Assembly (NCBI GenBank): GCA_964607415.1
Contig: CAZSKK010000001.1
Location: 405,974 to 469,973 of the forward strand
Source: an uncultured Candidatus Saccharibacteria bacterium
Lineage (GTDB): Bacteria > Patescibacteriota > Dojkabacteria > J137
Length of the DNA stretch: 64,000 nucleotides
Reading direction: 5' to 3'
How positions within the stretch are numbered: position 1 is the stretch's first letter; each line of letters opens with the position of its first letter. The notes under the pieces were generated by a model that worked only from the letters and a program-made list of their open reading frames with translations, was not told the origin of the DNA and ran no database searches. The position numbers and the translations under genes are program-made. Positions 27,853 to 37,227 of the stretch are shown here, piece by piece.

Positions 27853-28251
27853 TTAAACCTCGTATTCAGACTTACAACAAACAGCTAATGGATTATTATG
27901 CTTCTTGTCAGAACTATGACTATAAACATCTTCAGCGGTTCCTTCTACTGAATTATAAATCCATGCGATTGCCGTACCCGGTGAGATTTCATCCCTAAGT
28001 TCGTAAAAACTACGTAGATCTCGTAAAGGGTCAAAATATTCTGAATCCGCAAGAACTCTTGGAGGGCGATGATAAGTCATAAATCTGATTTCACTTCTCT
28101 CATAATCCCAAAATGGGAACATATGAAATACACATGGCCCTAATCCGACATTAAGATATGTATTTCTATTAACAGCTGCTATATCACCCATATCAACAAT
28201 AACTGGTTGATCTGTGATTTCAATATTTTCTACTTTTAAACAAAATTTCAT
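27853..28251 (-). CDS. Hypothetical protein
   Basis: 132-codon ORF with AGGAGG upstream; no recognised motif. Confidence 0.5.
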   Translation of the reverse strand: MKFCLKVENIEITDQPVIVDMGDIAAVNRNTYLNVGLGPCVFHMFPFWDYERSEIRFMTYHRPPRVLADSEYFDPLRDLRSFYELRDEISPGTAIAWIYNSVEGTAEDVYSHSSDKKHNNPLAVCCKSEYEV

Positions 28252-28261
28252 AATAAACAAA

Positions 28262-28362
28262 AAACCTCCTTGTTCTTTAGGAGGTTTGTAATTTAAATTA
28301 TTTTTTAAGAAATTAAGTATTATTTCAAACCTCCAAAGTTAAAAGCTCTTTATAATGAGCTT
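28262..28362 (-). promoter_or_regulatory. Possible terminator/antiterminator switch upstream of the hypothetical gene
   Basis: Mutually exclusive stems 28262-70:28279-87 and 28280-91:28323-34. Confidence 0.45.
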
Positions 28363-28549
28363 AATAATGAGATTTGAAACAATGTTTTGGTTTCTTAAAC
28401 TTGCTTTCATTAATTTTCGATATTTTATCAAATTTAAGCCTAATTGTCACTACTTTTAGGCAGCTAATATCTCGATTTAAATCAACTAGGTTTGGTGCTA
28501 AAATTGGAAGAATTATAAACTTCAATTCTAATTTCTTAAATCTTTATAT

Positions 28550-30091
28550 ATGCCATTATTAGTAAGGCGTGAAGGAAACGAAAATTTAAACGTAACATCA
28601 GGAGACGGCAATGGAAACTGGGCGTTACCAAATCCTTTGCATAAGAAGAAGAGTGAGAGTAAGAATAAACTAGATATTCCCCAAATCGAAAATATTTCTT
28701 ACTTTGTTGAAAAAATTAAAAATGGAGAATTAAAAGCATATGATCTTGTAAAAGAACATCTTGACAGAGCTTATGCAGTAAATCCTTACATAAATGCTTT
28801 TATTACAATTCTAGACGAAGCTTTAGACAAAGCTAAAACTATTGATGAGAAAATTGCAAATGGAGAAAATGTTGGGAATTTGGCTGGAATTCCATTTACG
28901 GTAAAAGATTTATATCTTATAGAAGGCACAAAAACTACCTTTGGTTCTAAGTATATGCAAGATTTTATTGCACCTTATACTGCAACCGTAGTTAAAAAAT
29001 GCATTGATGAAGGAGCAATTTTAATTGGTAAGTGTAATTGTGATCCATGGGGATTTGGAGGAAGTGGTGAAAATTCAGGATACGGTCCAACTAAAAATCC
29101 GCTGGATTTTTCCAGAGTTCCAGGTGGATCAAGTTCAGGATCCGCTGCATCACTTTTGAGTGGAGTCGGATTTTTTTCTTTAGGAACTGATACTGGTGGA
29201 TCTGTAAGACTTCCTGCAAGCTTTTGTGGATTATATTCACTTAAGCCAACATATGGAAGAAACTCACGATATGGAATTGGCGCAATGGCTTCAAGCTTTG
29301 ATACACCAGGATTTTTTGCAAGGCATATTGAAGATATTGAACTATTAGAAGGAATAATGGCTGGCAAAGACGAATACGATCCCTCAACCTATGAAGTCGA
29401 TGTAACTCAAATCTCCAACCTCAAAGCTGATACCTCAAACCTAAAAATTGGTTTGCCTAAGGAATTCTTTGAAGGCTTAAGCGATGATATCAAGTCTACA
29501 ATAAACCAAAAAATTGAAGTTTTAAAATCAAAGGGATTTGAAGTTAAAGAAGTGTCAATTCCTTCAATGAAATTTGGATTAGCTGTTTATTACATTTTGG
29601 TCCCATCAGAAATATCTTCCAACAGGGCACGATATGACGGTGTTAGATTTGGCCCAAAGGAAAGTAATAATTACGACCAAAACTTAATTGAAGGAAGAAG
29701 CAAATACTTTGAAGCAGAAGTAAAAAGAAGAATAATGATTGGAACATATTCATTAAGCGCTGGGTACGCAGATCAGTTTTACAAAAAAGCAAGTATGGTT
29801 AGAACGAAATTAAAACGAGAATTCGATAAAGCTTTTGAAGAAGTAGATGTTTTAATTTCTCCAATTGCTGCAGAAACTGCATTTAAACTTGGAGCTAAAT
29901 CTGACGATCCAGTTGCAATGTATTTAACAGATATATACACAGTAACTGCAAATATTGTGGGAATCCCATCATTAGCCGTTCCATCTGGAAAAAGCAAAAT
30001 TGACAATATGCCAATAGGCCTTCAGATTATGGGAAAAAAGTTTGATGAAGCAACACTCATCGATATAGCCAATGAGCTTAAAGATAAATAG
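28550..30091 (+). CDS. gatA: Asp/Glu-tRNA amidotransferase subunit A, with ~40-aa N-terminal extension (start uncertain)
   Basis: VKD, PGGSSSGSAA, GTDTGGSVRLPASFCG, SSNRARYDGVRFG, EVKRRIMIGTY. Confidence 0.95.
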   Translation: MPLLVRREGNENLNVTSGDGNGNWALPNPLHKKKSESKNKLDIPQIENISYFVEKIKNGELKAYDLVKEHLDRAYAVNPYINAFITILDEALDKAKTIDEKIANGENVGNLAGIPFTVKDLYLIEGTKTTFGSKYMQDFIAPYTATVVKKCIDEGAILIGKCNCDPWGFGGSGENSGYGPTKNPLDFSRVPGGSSSGSAASLLSGVGFFSLGTDTGGSVRLPASFCGLYSLKPTYGRNSRYGIGAMASSFDTPGFFARHIEDIELLEGIMAGKDEYDPSTYEVDVTQISNLKADTSNLKIGLPKEFFEGLSDDIKSTINQKIEVLKSKGFEVKEVSIPSMKFGLAVYYILVPSEISSNRARYDGVRFGPKESNNYDQNLIEGRSKYFEAEVKRRIMIGTYSLSAGYADQFYKKASMVRTKLKREFDKAFEEVDVLISPIAAETAFKLGAKSDDPVAMYLTDIYTVTANIVGIPSLAVPSGKSKIDNMPIGLQIMGKKFDEATLIDIANELKDK

Positions 30092-30243
30092 CATTACAAG
30101 CAAGTGGGACTGTAGTTAATTGTCAATTTACAATTGTAAAAAATTTTCAAGCCTGCGTTTACCTAGTTGAAAATTGTAAATTCCTTAAATTGATAATTAT
30201 GAACTATGCTTAATGATACTAACTGGCTTCTGGCCTCTAGCTT

Positions 30244-30516
30244 CTATTTGTACTGAGAAAGATTTTCAACAGCACTAACAACATCCTGAATAAATTTAGG
30301 ATCTGTTAAGCCATCAATGATTTTATTTATGCTATTTTCAAGCTTTTTGAAGTTTGAATCGTATTCCTCTTTTGTAAGAACTTCTTTTAGAGCAAGTAGA
30401 TTATCAAAAATTACTTCTATTAAACTGATTTTTCCTACAAGATCAGACTCATTCTGCGCTTGAATTACTAATGTCTTGGTTGTAATTATAAGTTGTTGCT
30501 TAATTTTGTTTTCCAT
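30244..30516 (-). CDS. Hypothetical helical protein
   Basis: 90-aa ORF, 3 bp from the upstream ORF. Confidence 0.65.
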   Translation of the reverse strand: MENKIKQQLIITTKTLVIQAQNESDLVGKISLIEVIFDNLLALKEVLTKEEYDSNFKKLENSINKIIDGLTDPKFIQDVVSAVENLSQYK

Positions 30517-30519
30517 ATT

Positions 30520-30777
30520 TTAACCTTCTAATCCTCCTAAAACTTGTTGAGCAAACTGTTCTAATTGAACTAATTGTTCGTTTTCAGCAAACTTTTCACC
30601 CATTGCTTGTTTAAAAACAGTTAAAATCTCCATTACTCTTTTAGCTGCCTTTAACTTCTCCTGCGGACTTCCTTTTTGCATCTTTTCAACCAAAGGACCA
30701 AGCTCTTTTTGCATAGCCTCAAATTCTTCTTGCGACTTTGGACCTTGTTCTGCTTGTGAGGGTGCTTTCTCTGCCAT
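30520..30777 (-). CDS. Hypothetical helical protein
   Basis: 85-aa ORF with ATG and protein-like composition. Confidence 0.7.
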   Translation of the reverse strand: MAEKAPSQAEQGPKSQEEFEAMQKELGPLVEKMQKGSPQEKLKAAKRVMEILTVFKQAMGEKFAENEQLVQLEQFAQQVLGGLEG

Positions 30778-30803
30778 ATATAAACAAGTATTTATACTAT
30801 TTA

Positions 30804-31005
30804 ATTCTCCTTAAGGAGAAGTCGATTTTGCCTTTGTGCAAAATCAGATGAGGTTAAATAAAAAGACCATTTATATTCTCAACAGCATAATATGCTGTTC
30901 GGGTCAATCCTGAACTTTGTTTCAGGATTGGGTGAGGTTATTTAATTTTACGTTTTTTAATTAGCTCCACTCAACAGCACAATGTGCTGTTTCGGGATGA
31001 GGTAA
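30804..31005. repeat. Composite cluster of palindromic elements downstream of cysS
   Basis: TTCTCC-ttaa-GGAGAA; ACAGCA-taata-TGCTGT; TCCTGAA...TTCAGGA; ACAGCA-caatg-TGCTGT; units end in (G/A)TGAGGT. Confidence 0.7.
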
Positions 31006-31028
31006 ATAAAAATCCGATTACCGTATCA

Positions 31029-32429
31029 TTATACTATCTTTTCATCTTTAACATCTATACCAAATTTTTGTTTGATAAGGTCTCTAAGTTCGTCTGATTT
31101 TTTCCAGTCTTTTTGAAGCCTCGCTTCAATTCTCTCATTAATTAGCCTTTTAGCTTCCTCAGGAATTTGATCTTCTTGATTTACTTTTTCCAATAAATTT
31201 AATCCCAAAACTTTATCAAAATCAATAATAGTATCAAATTTGACTGGATTTGGAATCTCAGATTTTAAAACTTCCCAAACCACAGCAAGTGCCTTAGGTA
31301 AATTAAAATCTTCTTCCAATGCCTCAATAAATAGTTTTCTATAATTACCGTTGATTTCGGTCGGATCAGAATCTTCAGATTTAATTTGCTTTAATGAATT
31401 TACTAATCTATTTAGTGAAGTTTGTGCTGAATCTAAAGCCTCAAATGTAAAGTTCTGTTTTGATCTATAGTGTGATTGTAAAAAGAAGTATCTTAAAGCT
31501 ATTGGGTCATAACCTTTGTCAATAATATTTGAAAGATTATAAACGTTCCCCAGCGATTTACTCATTTTTGTTCCATCCACATCCAAATGTTCATTATGAA
31601 TCCAATAGTGAACATAGTCTACGCCATTTGCAGATTCACTTTGAGCAATTTCATTAGTATGATGAACGGGAATATGCTCTACCCCACCCATGTGAATATC
31701 TATTGTTTCACCAAGATTTGCTTTAGCCATTGCAGAACATTCAATGTGCCATCCAGGGAAACCATAGCCATTTTCTACTTCAGGTGAAGAAAAAGGAGAT
31801 TTCCAATATTGCAAAGCATTTTTATGTGCTCCCGTTCTAAAAAACCAAAGTGCAAAATCTGCTGGATTTTTTTTGTTCTGATCCGTAACATCCCCATGAC
31901 CTTCGCCTAGTTTATTCATTTCGAGTTTTTGACCACTTAATTTTGTATATTCTGGAAACTTACTTATATCAAAAAATATTGCTGTTGGAGTTAAATAGGC
32001 AAAACCTTTATCAACCAAATCCTGAACCATTTTAATCATATCTTGTAGATAATCTGTTGCTCTGGCAGTTACTGTTGGAGGAAGATTATTTAAACTTGAA
32101 ACATCAACTTCGAATTCTTTTATATATTTATCAGCAATTTCTTTGGGTGTTAAACCCTCACGTTTTGCACCTTTTTCCATTTTGTCCTCACCTGTATCAC
32201 CATCTGAAGTTAGATGACCAAAATCAGTATAATTCCTAACATACTTAACATCATAGCCAGTATATGCTAATGCCCTGCGAATATAATCAGCAGCAGTCAT
32301 TGCACGCATGTTACCGATATGTTGGGTCCAGTAGACTGTTGGACCGCAGTGATAAAATCGAACTTTCCCCTCTTCGATTGGTTTAAATACTTCAAGTTTT
32401 CGCCCTAGTGTATTGAAAATTTTTAACAT
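31029..32429 (-). CDS. cysS: Cysteine--tRNA ligase
   Basis: CGPTVY, HIGN, PGWHIECSAM, HHTNEIAQSE, KMSKS. Confidence 0.98.
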   Translation of the reverse strand: MLKIFNTLGRKLEVFKPIEEGKVRFYHCGPTVYWTQHIGNMRAMTAADYIRRALAYTGYDVKYVRNYTDFGHLTSDGDTGEDKMEKGAKREGLTPKEIADKYIKEFEVDVSSLNNLPPTVTARATDYLQDMIKMVQDLVDKGFAYLTPTAIFFDISKFPEYTKLSGQKLEMNKLGEGHGDVTDQNKKNPADFALWFFRTGAHKNALQYWKSPFSSPEVENGYGFPGWHIECSAMAKANLGETIDIHMGGVEHIPVHHTNEIAQSESANGVDYVHYWIHNEHLDVDGTKMSKSLGNVYNLSNIIDKGYDPIALRYFFLQSHYRSKQNFTFEALDSAQTSLNRLVNSLKQIKSEDSDPTEINGNYRKLFIEALEEDFNLPKALAVVWEVLKSEIPNPVKFDTIIDFDKVLGLNLLEKVNQEDQIPEEAKRLINERIEARLQKDWKKSDELRDLIKQKFGIDVKDEKIV

Positions 32430-32663
32430 AAATAAACGATAAATATTTTTGATTATACCAAAATTTCTGAGCTAGTTTATTTATATCATTGAACAATAAC
32501 AAAGATCAAAGCGATGAAAATAATATTCAAAATTAAATGACAAATTTTGAGTTTTAGCTTTTAAGATTATTTTGAGCTTTGAGACTTTGATACTAGCTAA
32601 TCAATTTTATAAACAATTCAAGGTTCATGGCTATAAGCTGTTTGCTAAAAGCTAACCGCTACT

Positions 32664-32695
32664 TTCATATAAATTTCACAAGCTTACTATAGTAT
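32664..32695 (+). promoter_or_regulatory. Putative OmpR-type box plus -10 (TTCATA-N5-TTCACA-N9-TAGTAT)
   Basis: Same spacing as the 4722-4753 and 27812-27843 sites. Confidence 0.62.
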
Positions 32696-32725
32696 GAAGT
32701 TATCTTAATTTTTAAGATTTAAATA

Positions 32726-33313
32726 ATGAAAAAAAGAAAAGAAAAAATCAAGAAAAATAGAAGTAAAAAATTTATAGCAACTGCTGCTGTTGCGGTAACT
32801 GCAACAGGTTTAAGTTTAGTTAATGTTGCGCCAGTATTTGCAGATTCCAGGCCAAACGTAATAGACCGAACTGCACAAATTCTAGGGATTCCGTCTGAGG
32901 ATTTATTAAATGCATTAAAGCTAGCACAGGTAGAAAATATTGAGTACAAAATCATTACTGGTGAAATTGATGCCGAAACCGGTGTAAAACTTATTCATGC
33001 GATAGATGATTATTCAAACTCAAGTTTTACACTAACAACAGAAGAAAAAAATGCTTTAGGTGAAAACAAAAATGAAATTTTGGCCTTTTTAAATTTAACG
33101 AATACAGATTTTGAAAAATTTATGCAAAATGGTTATTCTCTTGTCGAGATTGCCGAAATGAAGGGCATCGAAAGGTACGAATTAAAAGATAAAGTTAAGG
33201 CTATTCAAATTGAATCGATAGAAAAAAATGAGCAACTAAATGGATATGAAAAAGAAGAATTGATTAGAAAGCTTGATTTTATAGCTGAAAGTATTATTGA
33301 ATATAGGCTCTAA
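32726..33313 (+). CDS. Secreted helical protein of unknown function
   Basis: Basic N-region, hydrophobic stretch, VFA cleavage-like site; SLVEIAEMKGI helical motif. Confidence 0.75.
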   Translation: MKKRKEKIKKNRSKKFIATAAVAVTATGLSLVNVAPVFADSRPNVIDRTAQILGIPSEDLLNALKLAQVENIEYKIITGEIDAETGVKLIHAIDDYSNSSFTLTTEEKNALGENKNEILAFLNLTNTDFEKFMQNGYSLVEIAEMKGIERYELKDKVKAIQIESIEKNEQLNGYEKEELIRKLDFIAESIIEYRL

Positions 33314-33323
33314 TGATAACTAT

Positions 33324-33356
33324 CAATAAGCCGCGACATTAATGTCGCGGCTTATT
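33324..33356. terminator. Bidirectional hairpin terminator
   Basis: AATAAGCCGCGACAT-TA-ATGTCGCGGCTTATT between convergent genes. Confidence 0.75.
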
Positions 33357-33371
33357 CATCTACTTTCTTTA

Positions 33372-33677
33372 TTAATAATCGTAGTCGAAGTCAAAATCTT
33401 CAAAAGCTTCATCTATTTGGTCTTTAACATAATCCTCACACCAACCAAAAGGTTCATCTTCTAAAGAATTATTCTCCAAATAACTTTCACAATAGCCTTC
33501 CCTGAAACTATCTGTCGTTGTTAATAATAAAGTTGCAACACAGCAAACTGCACAGCAAACCAAAACACCAACAACAATCCCTCCTACTCCAAAGAAGAAT
33601 GCTTTTAATCCTGACTTTTTAGGAGCTTCAGTACTTGCTGCAGGTTTAACTTCTGCTTCTTTTTTTTCCTCTGCCAT
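33372..33677 (-). CDS. Small membrane protein with a Cys-rich TM segment
   Basis: TM containing VCCAVCC, acidic C-terminus with two more Cys. Confidence 0.7.
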   Translation of the reverse strand: MAEEKKEAEVKPAASTEAPKKSGLKAFFFGVGGIVVGVLVCCAVCCVATLLLTTTDSFREGYCESYLENNSLEDEPFGWCEDYVKDQIDEAFEDFDFDYDY

Positions 33678-33837
33678 TTAAAAAAAATAAAAAGTAAAAT
33701 GTGAAAATGTAAAAAGTAAAGTTTACATTTCTATTTTATATCAGTTAAATTGAAGCATTTCAATCGATCAGTGAAGATTTTCTAAAAAAGATATATAATT
33801 TAGTACCAGCTTTTATTTATTATTAGATATTTTCCCT

Positions 33838-34668
33838 ATGAGAAAGACAATAAGAAATGCAACAATTAGTATCCTATTTCTTTTACTGATAGGATTTGTT
33901 GTAATTATTCCAAGTTTTATTGTTGTTGTAGACGCGGGTGAAGTAGGTGTTGTTAAAACATTCGGAAATGTTTCTGACAATACAATGTACCCCGGAATTC
34001 ATTTAAAATCACCTTTCTCAACTGTTGTAAAAATGTCCAGCAGAACTGAAGAATATACAATGTCTATAGCACCCAACGAAGGGATCAGAATTGGAGATGA
34101 CTCTATCGAAGCTAGAGCCTCAGATGGGGCTTTAGTATGGCTAGATGTAACAGTTTTTTACCATCTTAACTCAGAAAAAGCACCAGAGATTTATAAAGAA
34201 TTGGGAGAGGACTATGTAGAAAAAGTTGTTAGACCAGAAATAAGAAGCAAAATCCGAGAAGTAGTTGCAGGCTTTCCTGTAATAGAAATTTATTCTACAA
34301 AAAGAAATGATGTTGTTACTAAAATTGAAGACGGTTTGAAAGTTAGCTTAAGTAGTAGAGGAATTGAAGCTGAGAATGTTTTGCTAAGAAATGTAAGCCT
34401 TACAGATACTCTAAGCAATAGTATTGAAGAAAAACTAGCGGCCCAACAGGAAGCAGAGAAATTTAACTTTATATTAGAACAAGAAAAGAAAGAAGCTGAA
34501 AGAAAAAGAATTGAAGCTGAAGGGCAGAGAGACAGCCAGACAATTATAAATCAAGGTTTGACTACAAATTATCTTTATTATTTATACATTCAAGCTCTTA
34601 AAGAACACCAAGGAACCATTTATGTTCCAACAGAAGGCGGACTGCCTTTGTTTAAAAATGTTGAGTAA
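33838..34668 (+). CDS. SPFH/prohibitin (band 7) family protein
   Basis: VVVDAGEVGVVKTFG, PGIHLKSP, coiled-coil EAERKRIEAEG. Confidence 0.93.
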   Translation: MRKTIRNATISILFLLLIGFVVIIPSFIVVVDAGEVGVVKTFGNVSDNTMYPGIHLKSPFSTVVKMSSRTEEYTMSIAPNEGIRIGDDSIEARASDGALVWLDVTVFYHLNSEKAPEIYKELGEDYVEKVVRPEIRSKIREVVAGFPVIEIYSTKRNDVVTKIEDGLKVSLSSRGIEAENVLLRNVSLTDTLSNSIEEKLAAQQEAEKFNFILEQEKKEAERKRIEAEGQRDSQTIINQGLTTNYLYYLYIQALKEHQGTIYVPTEGGLPLFKNVE

Positions 34669-34694
34669 AAAGTGGTGCAAAGGTTGCCATGAAC

Positions 34695-34930
34695 ACCTCT
34701 CTTTCAAGGAGAGGTAGTATTGATTTAATCAATCCGGGTGAGGTTTGGAAGAAAACGATTATTTACTATCCCTCTCCTTAGTCCTGAGACAACATATTAT
34801 GCTGTCGAATGGAGCTAGTTAGCTACACTCAAATGCACAATGTGCATTTCCGGGGAGAGGAAATCTATTCACTTAAACTGTTGCTACTTTGCCGGGCAAG
34901 GACTCCCTTCGGTAAACTCAGGGCAGGCTT
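34695..34930. repeat. Cluster of palindromic/REP-like elements before tRNA-Gln
   Basis: CCTCTC...GAGAGG, GCA-N5-TGC hairpins, CCCTTCGGTAAACTCAGGGCAGG. Confidence 0.7.
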
Positions 34931-34993
34931 CTCGTCCCTGATTGTTACTAACTTTGTAAGATTCTGGATTAATGAAGTTTTAAGTTTTTAATT

Positions 34994-35064
34994 TTGCCGG
35001 ACAGGGACTCGAACCCCGATTAAAGACTCCAAAGGTCTACGTCCTACCATTAGACGATCCGGCA
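34994..35064 (-). tRNA. tRNA-Gln (TTG), CCA not encoded
   Basis: Acceptor stem TGCCGGA/TCCGGCA, anticodon loop CTTTGGA, GGTTCGAGTCC T-arm. Confidence 0.93.
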
Positions 35065-35201
35065 ATTTCTGCTATCCTGAATTAATTTCAGTTCCTAGCC
35101 AACTTAGCAACGAATTACTTATACCCTAGTAATCTCACTTATTTAGCACAGAAATTATAGCCGAAAGACCAATAATTAGGAAGTAGTTACTAATAATAAA
35201 C

Positions 35202-35801
35202 TTAAATTTTATATGGATTTACACACTCGATAATAAGTCTAAGTTTAAATTCTAAGTAATTCAATCGCAATTCCTCAGTCTTTAAGTCTGAACTATTTTC
35301 TTCTGATAGCTCTAATGATGAATTTTCTAAATCATCTTTAATTGCTGTCAGTCTAGAACTTATACTGTCATAAAGCGCTATAGTTTGATTAAGGAATTTG
35401 TCTTTATAAAGAATCCGTATTTCTTCCGAAAGCCTATCTTTCAAATTGGCTCTATTGCTTTCTTCCAGCAATTCATACCTAACCACAAGCTTGCCAGAGA
35501 TTCTATAGCAAAGCCCATCTAGTATACCTTGATTAAGGTCATAGTATTGTTCAGCCAATCTTGATAACACAGCAATAACAACTTCATCTGAAGAGTTTTT
35601 AATGTTAAACGCAATAATATCCTCAATCTGTGGAGAAACTATTCTATCAGAGCCAAAAATATTTTTTCCGTCATCAACAACATAATCTTCCTTTCTTTCT
35701 GTAAAAACTTCCTTAACTAATTGCCACACTTCATAGCTATTTTTTGTTAAATCAAAGTCATCTCCGGAACTATCTGGTACATTATTGAAAGTGTCAGCCA
35801 T
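35202..35801 (-). CDS. Hypothetical protein
   Basis: 199-aa ORF with no recognised motif. Confidence 0.65.
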   Translation of the reverse strand: MADTFNNVPDSSGDDFDLTKNSYEVWQLVKEVFTERKEDYVVDDGKNIFGSDRIVSPQIEDIIAFNIKNSSDEVVIAVLSRLAEQYYDLNQGILDGLCYRISGKLVVRYELLEESNRANLKDRLSEEIRILYKDKFLNQTIALYDSISSRLTAIKDDLENSSLELSEENSSDLKTEELRLNYLEFKLRLIIECVNPYKI

Positions 35802-35924
35802 TTTCGCTACTCAAGCATAATTACAAAATTATAACATGATGGTTTTTATTGAATAAATTTCTTAAATCATCTATACTAAAAATGAATTCCTGTCGAAATC
35901 TTATTTATTAATTAAATAAAAATT

Positions 35925-36503
35925 ATGGGTATATTATTAGCTTGCATTGGTATAGTAGGCTTTGTTGCCTTATTACTGATTGTGTTCGTAATTTATGTCT
36001 TTAACTCACTTCAAAGGCAAAATGTATTAGTTGACGAGGCGTGGAGTGGAATTGATGTCCAATTAAAGAAAAGATTTGATTTGATTCCAAACATTGTAGA
36101 AACAGTTAAAGGATATGCAAAACACGAAAAAGAAACATTTGAAAAGATTGCTGGGCTTAGATCTGCAATGATGGGTGCTACTGATCCGAAAGAGCTCGGC
36201 AAACTTGAAGGTGAGCTTAGAGGTACCTTGAAAACTTTATTTGCTGTTGCCGAAAACTATCCTGAACTTAAAGCTAACGAAAATTTTATTCAGCTGCAAA
36301 CCACGTTGGAAACTATTGAAACAGAGCTTGAATCCGCAAGAAGATACTACAACGGAACTGTTCGAGATCTAAACAGAATGATTGTTGTGTTTCCAACAAA
36401 TATAGTTGCAAATTTTCTTAAATTAAAAAAGCGAGAGTTTTTTGAGGTAGAAAACGAAACTGAAAGACAAAATGTCAAAGTTGATTTCAACGATGCTAAG
36501 TAG
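35925..36503 (+). CDS. lemA: LemA family protein
   Basis: AWSGIDVQLKKRFDLIPN, AVAENYPELKANENF, ARRYYN. Confidence 0.95.
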   Translation: MGILLACIGIVGFVALLLIVFVIYVFNSLQRQNVLVDEAWSGIDVQLKKRFDLIPNIVETVKGYAKHEKETFEKIAGLRSAMMGATDPKELGKLEGELRGTLKTLFAVAENYPELKANENFIQLQTTLETIETELESARRYYNGTVRDLNRMIVVFPTNIVANFLKLKKREFFEVENETERQNVKVDFNDAK

Positions 36504-36514
36504 AAATTGAACCT

Positions 36515-37177
36515 ATGAATCTTAAGGTTAAATTAAAAGCCCTGGATAAATTTATTTTTCCAGGGCTTTTTAAAGAGGATCAGCTTATTACACTCTTAAG
36601 AAAGGAAGTACTTCCAGAATGTAAAACGCTTTTAAACATTGGATGTGGTGGTGCTTCTCCAATTATTAGCTTCTCTAAAAAACTTGAATATAGTGTCGGT
36701 GTGGATGGTTTTAAACCCGCAATCGACTCCAGTAAGGCTCTAAAAATTCATAGTGAATATAGATATCAGGACGTAATGGACTCCTTGAAGGATTTTAATG
36801 ATAAATCTTTTGATGCCGCAATTGCTATCGATTTAATTGAACATTTAGAAATTGACCAGGGTAAAAAACTAATCTTAGAAATGATTAGGATTGCAAAGAA
36901 AAAAGTGATAATTTTTACTCCAAATGGGTTTGTTGATCAAGATGAATACAATAATAATGTATTACAAAAACATAAATCAGGTTGGAACCCCGAGTTTATG
37001 CAAAACCAAGGATTTGAAGTGTTCGGACTTAATGGATTAAAAAGTTTGAGAGGTAAACATGCTACATTCAGATTTAAACCTCAATTTATTTGGGCAAGAA
37101 TATCCTATCTTACACAACCTTTAGTGTTTAAACATCCCAAACAAGCTTTTCATATATTTTGCATCAGAAAACCATAA
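36515..37177 (+). CDS. Class I SAM-dependent methyltransferase
   Basis: LLNIGCG, SFDAAIAIDLIEHL, IIFTPN. Confidence 0.87.
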   Translation: MNLKVKLKALDKFIFPGLFKEDQLITLLRKEVLPECKTLLNIGCGGASPIISFSKKLEYSVGVDGFKPAIDSSKALKIHSEYRYQDVMDSLKDFNDKSFDAAIAIDLIEHLEIDQGKKLILEMIRIAKKKVIIFTPNGFVDQDEYNNNVLQKHKSGWNPEFMQNQGFEVFGLNGLKSLRGKHATFRFKPQFIWARISYLTQPLVFKHPKQAFHIFCIRKP

Positions 37178-37227
37178 AAAGTTGCCGGCTTGTAGTGACT
37201 TAATTACAGACTGTGGTAAAATTCTGC

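Noticed and set aside
28550-28670. GatC fused to the GatA N-terminus
   Set aside because: The extension lacks recognisable GatC motifs and is largely hexamer-repeat-like (NENLNV, GDGNGN, KSESKNK)
34809-34991. 60-aa ORF containing PFGKLRAG
   Set aside because: Translation of palindromic repeats; the same applies to 24083-24316
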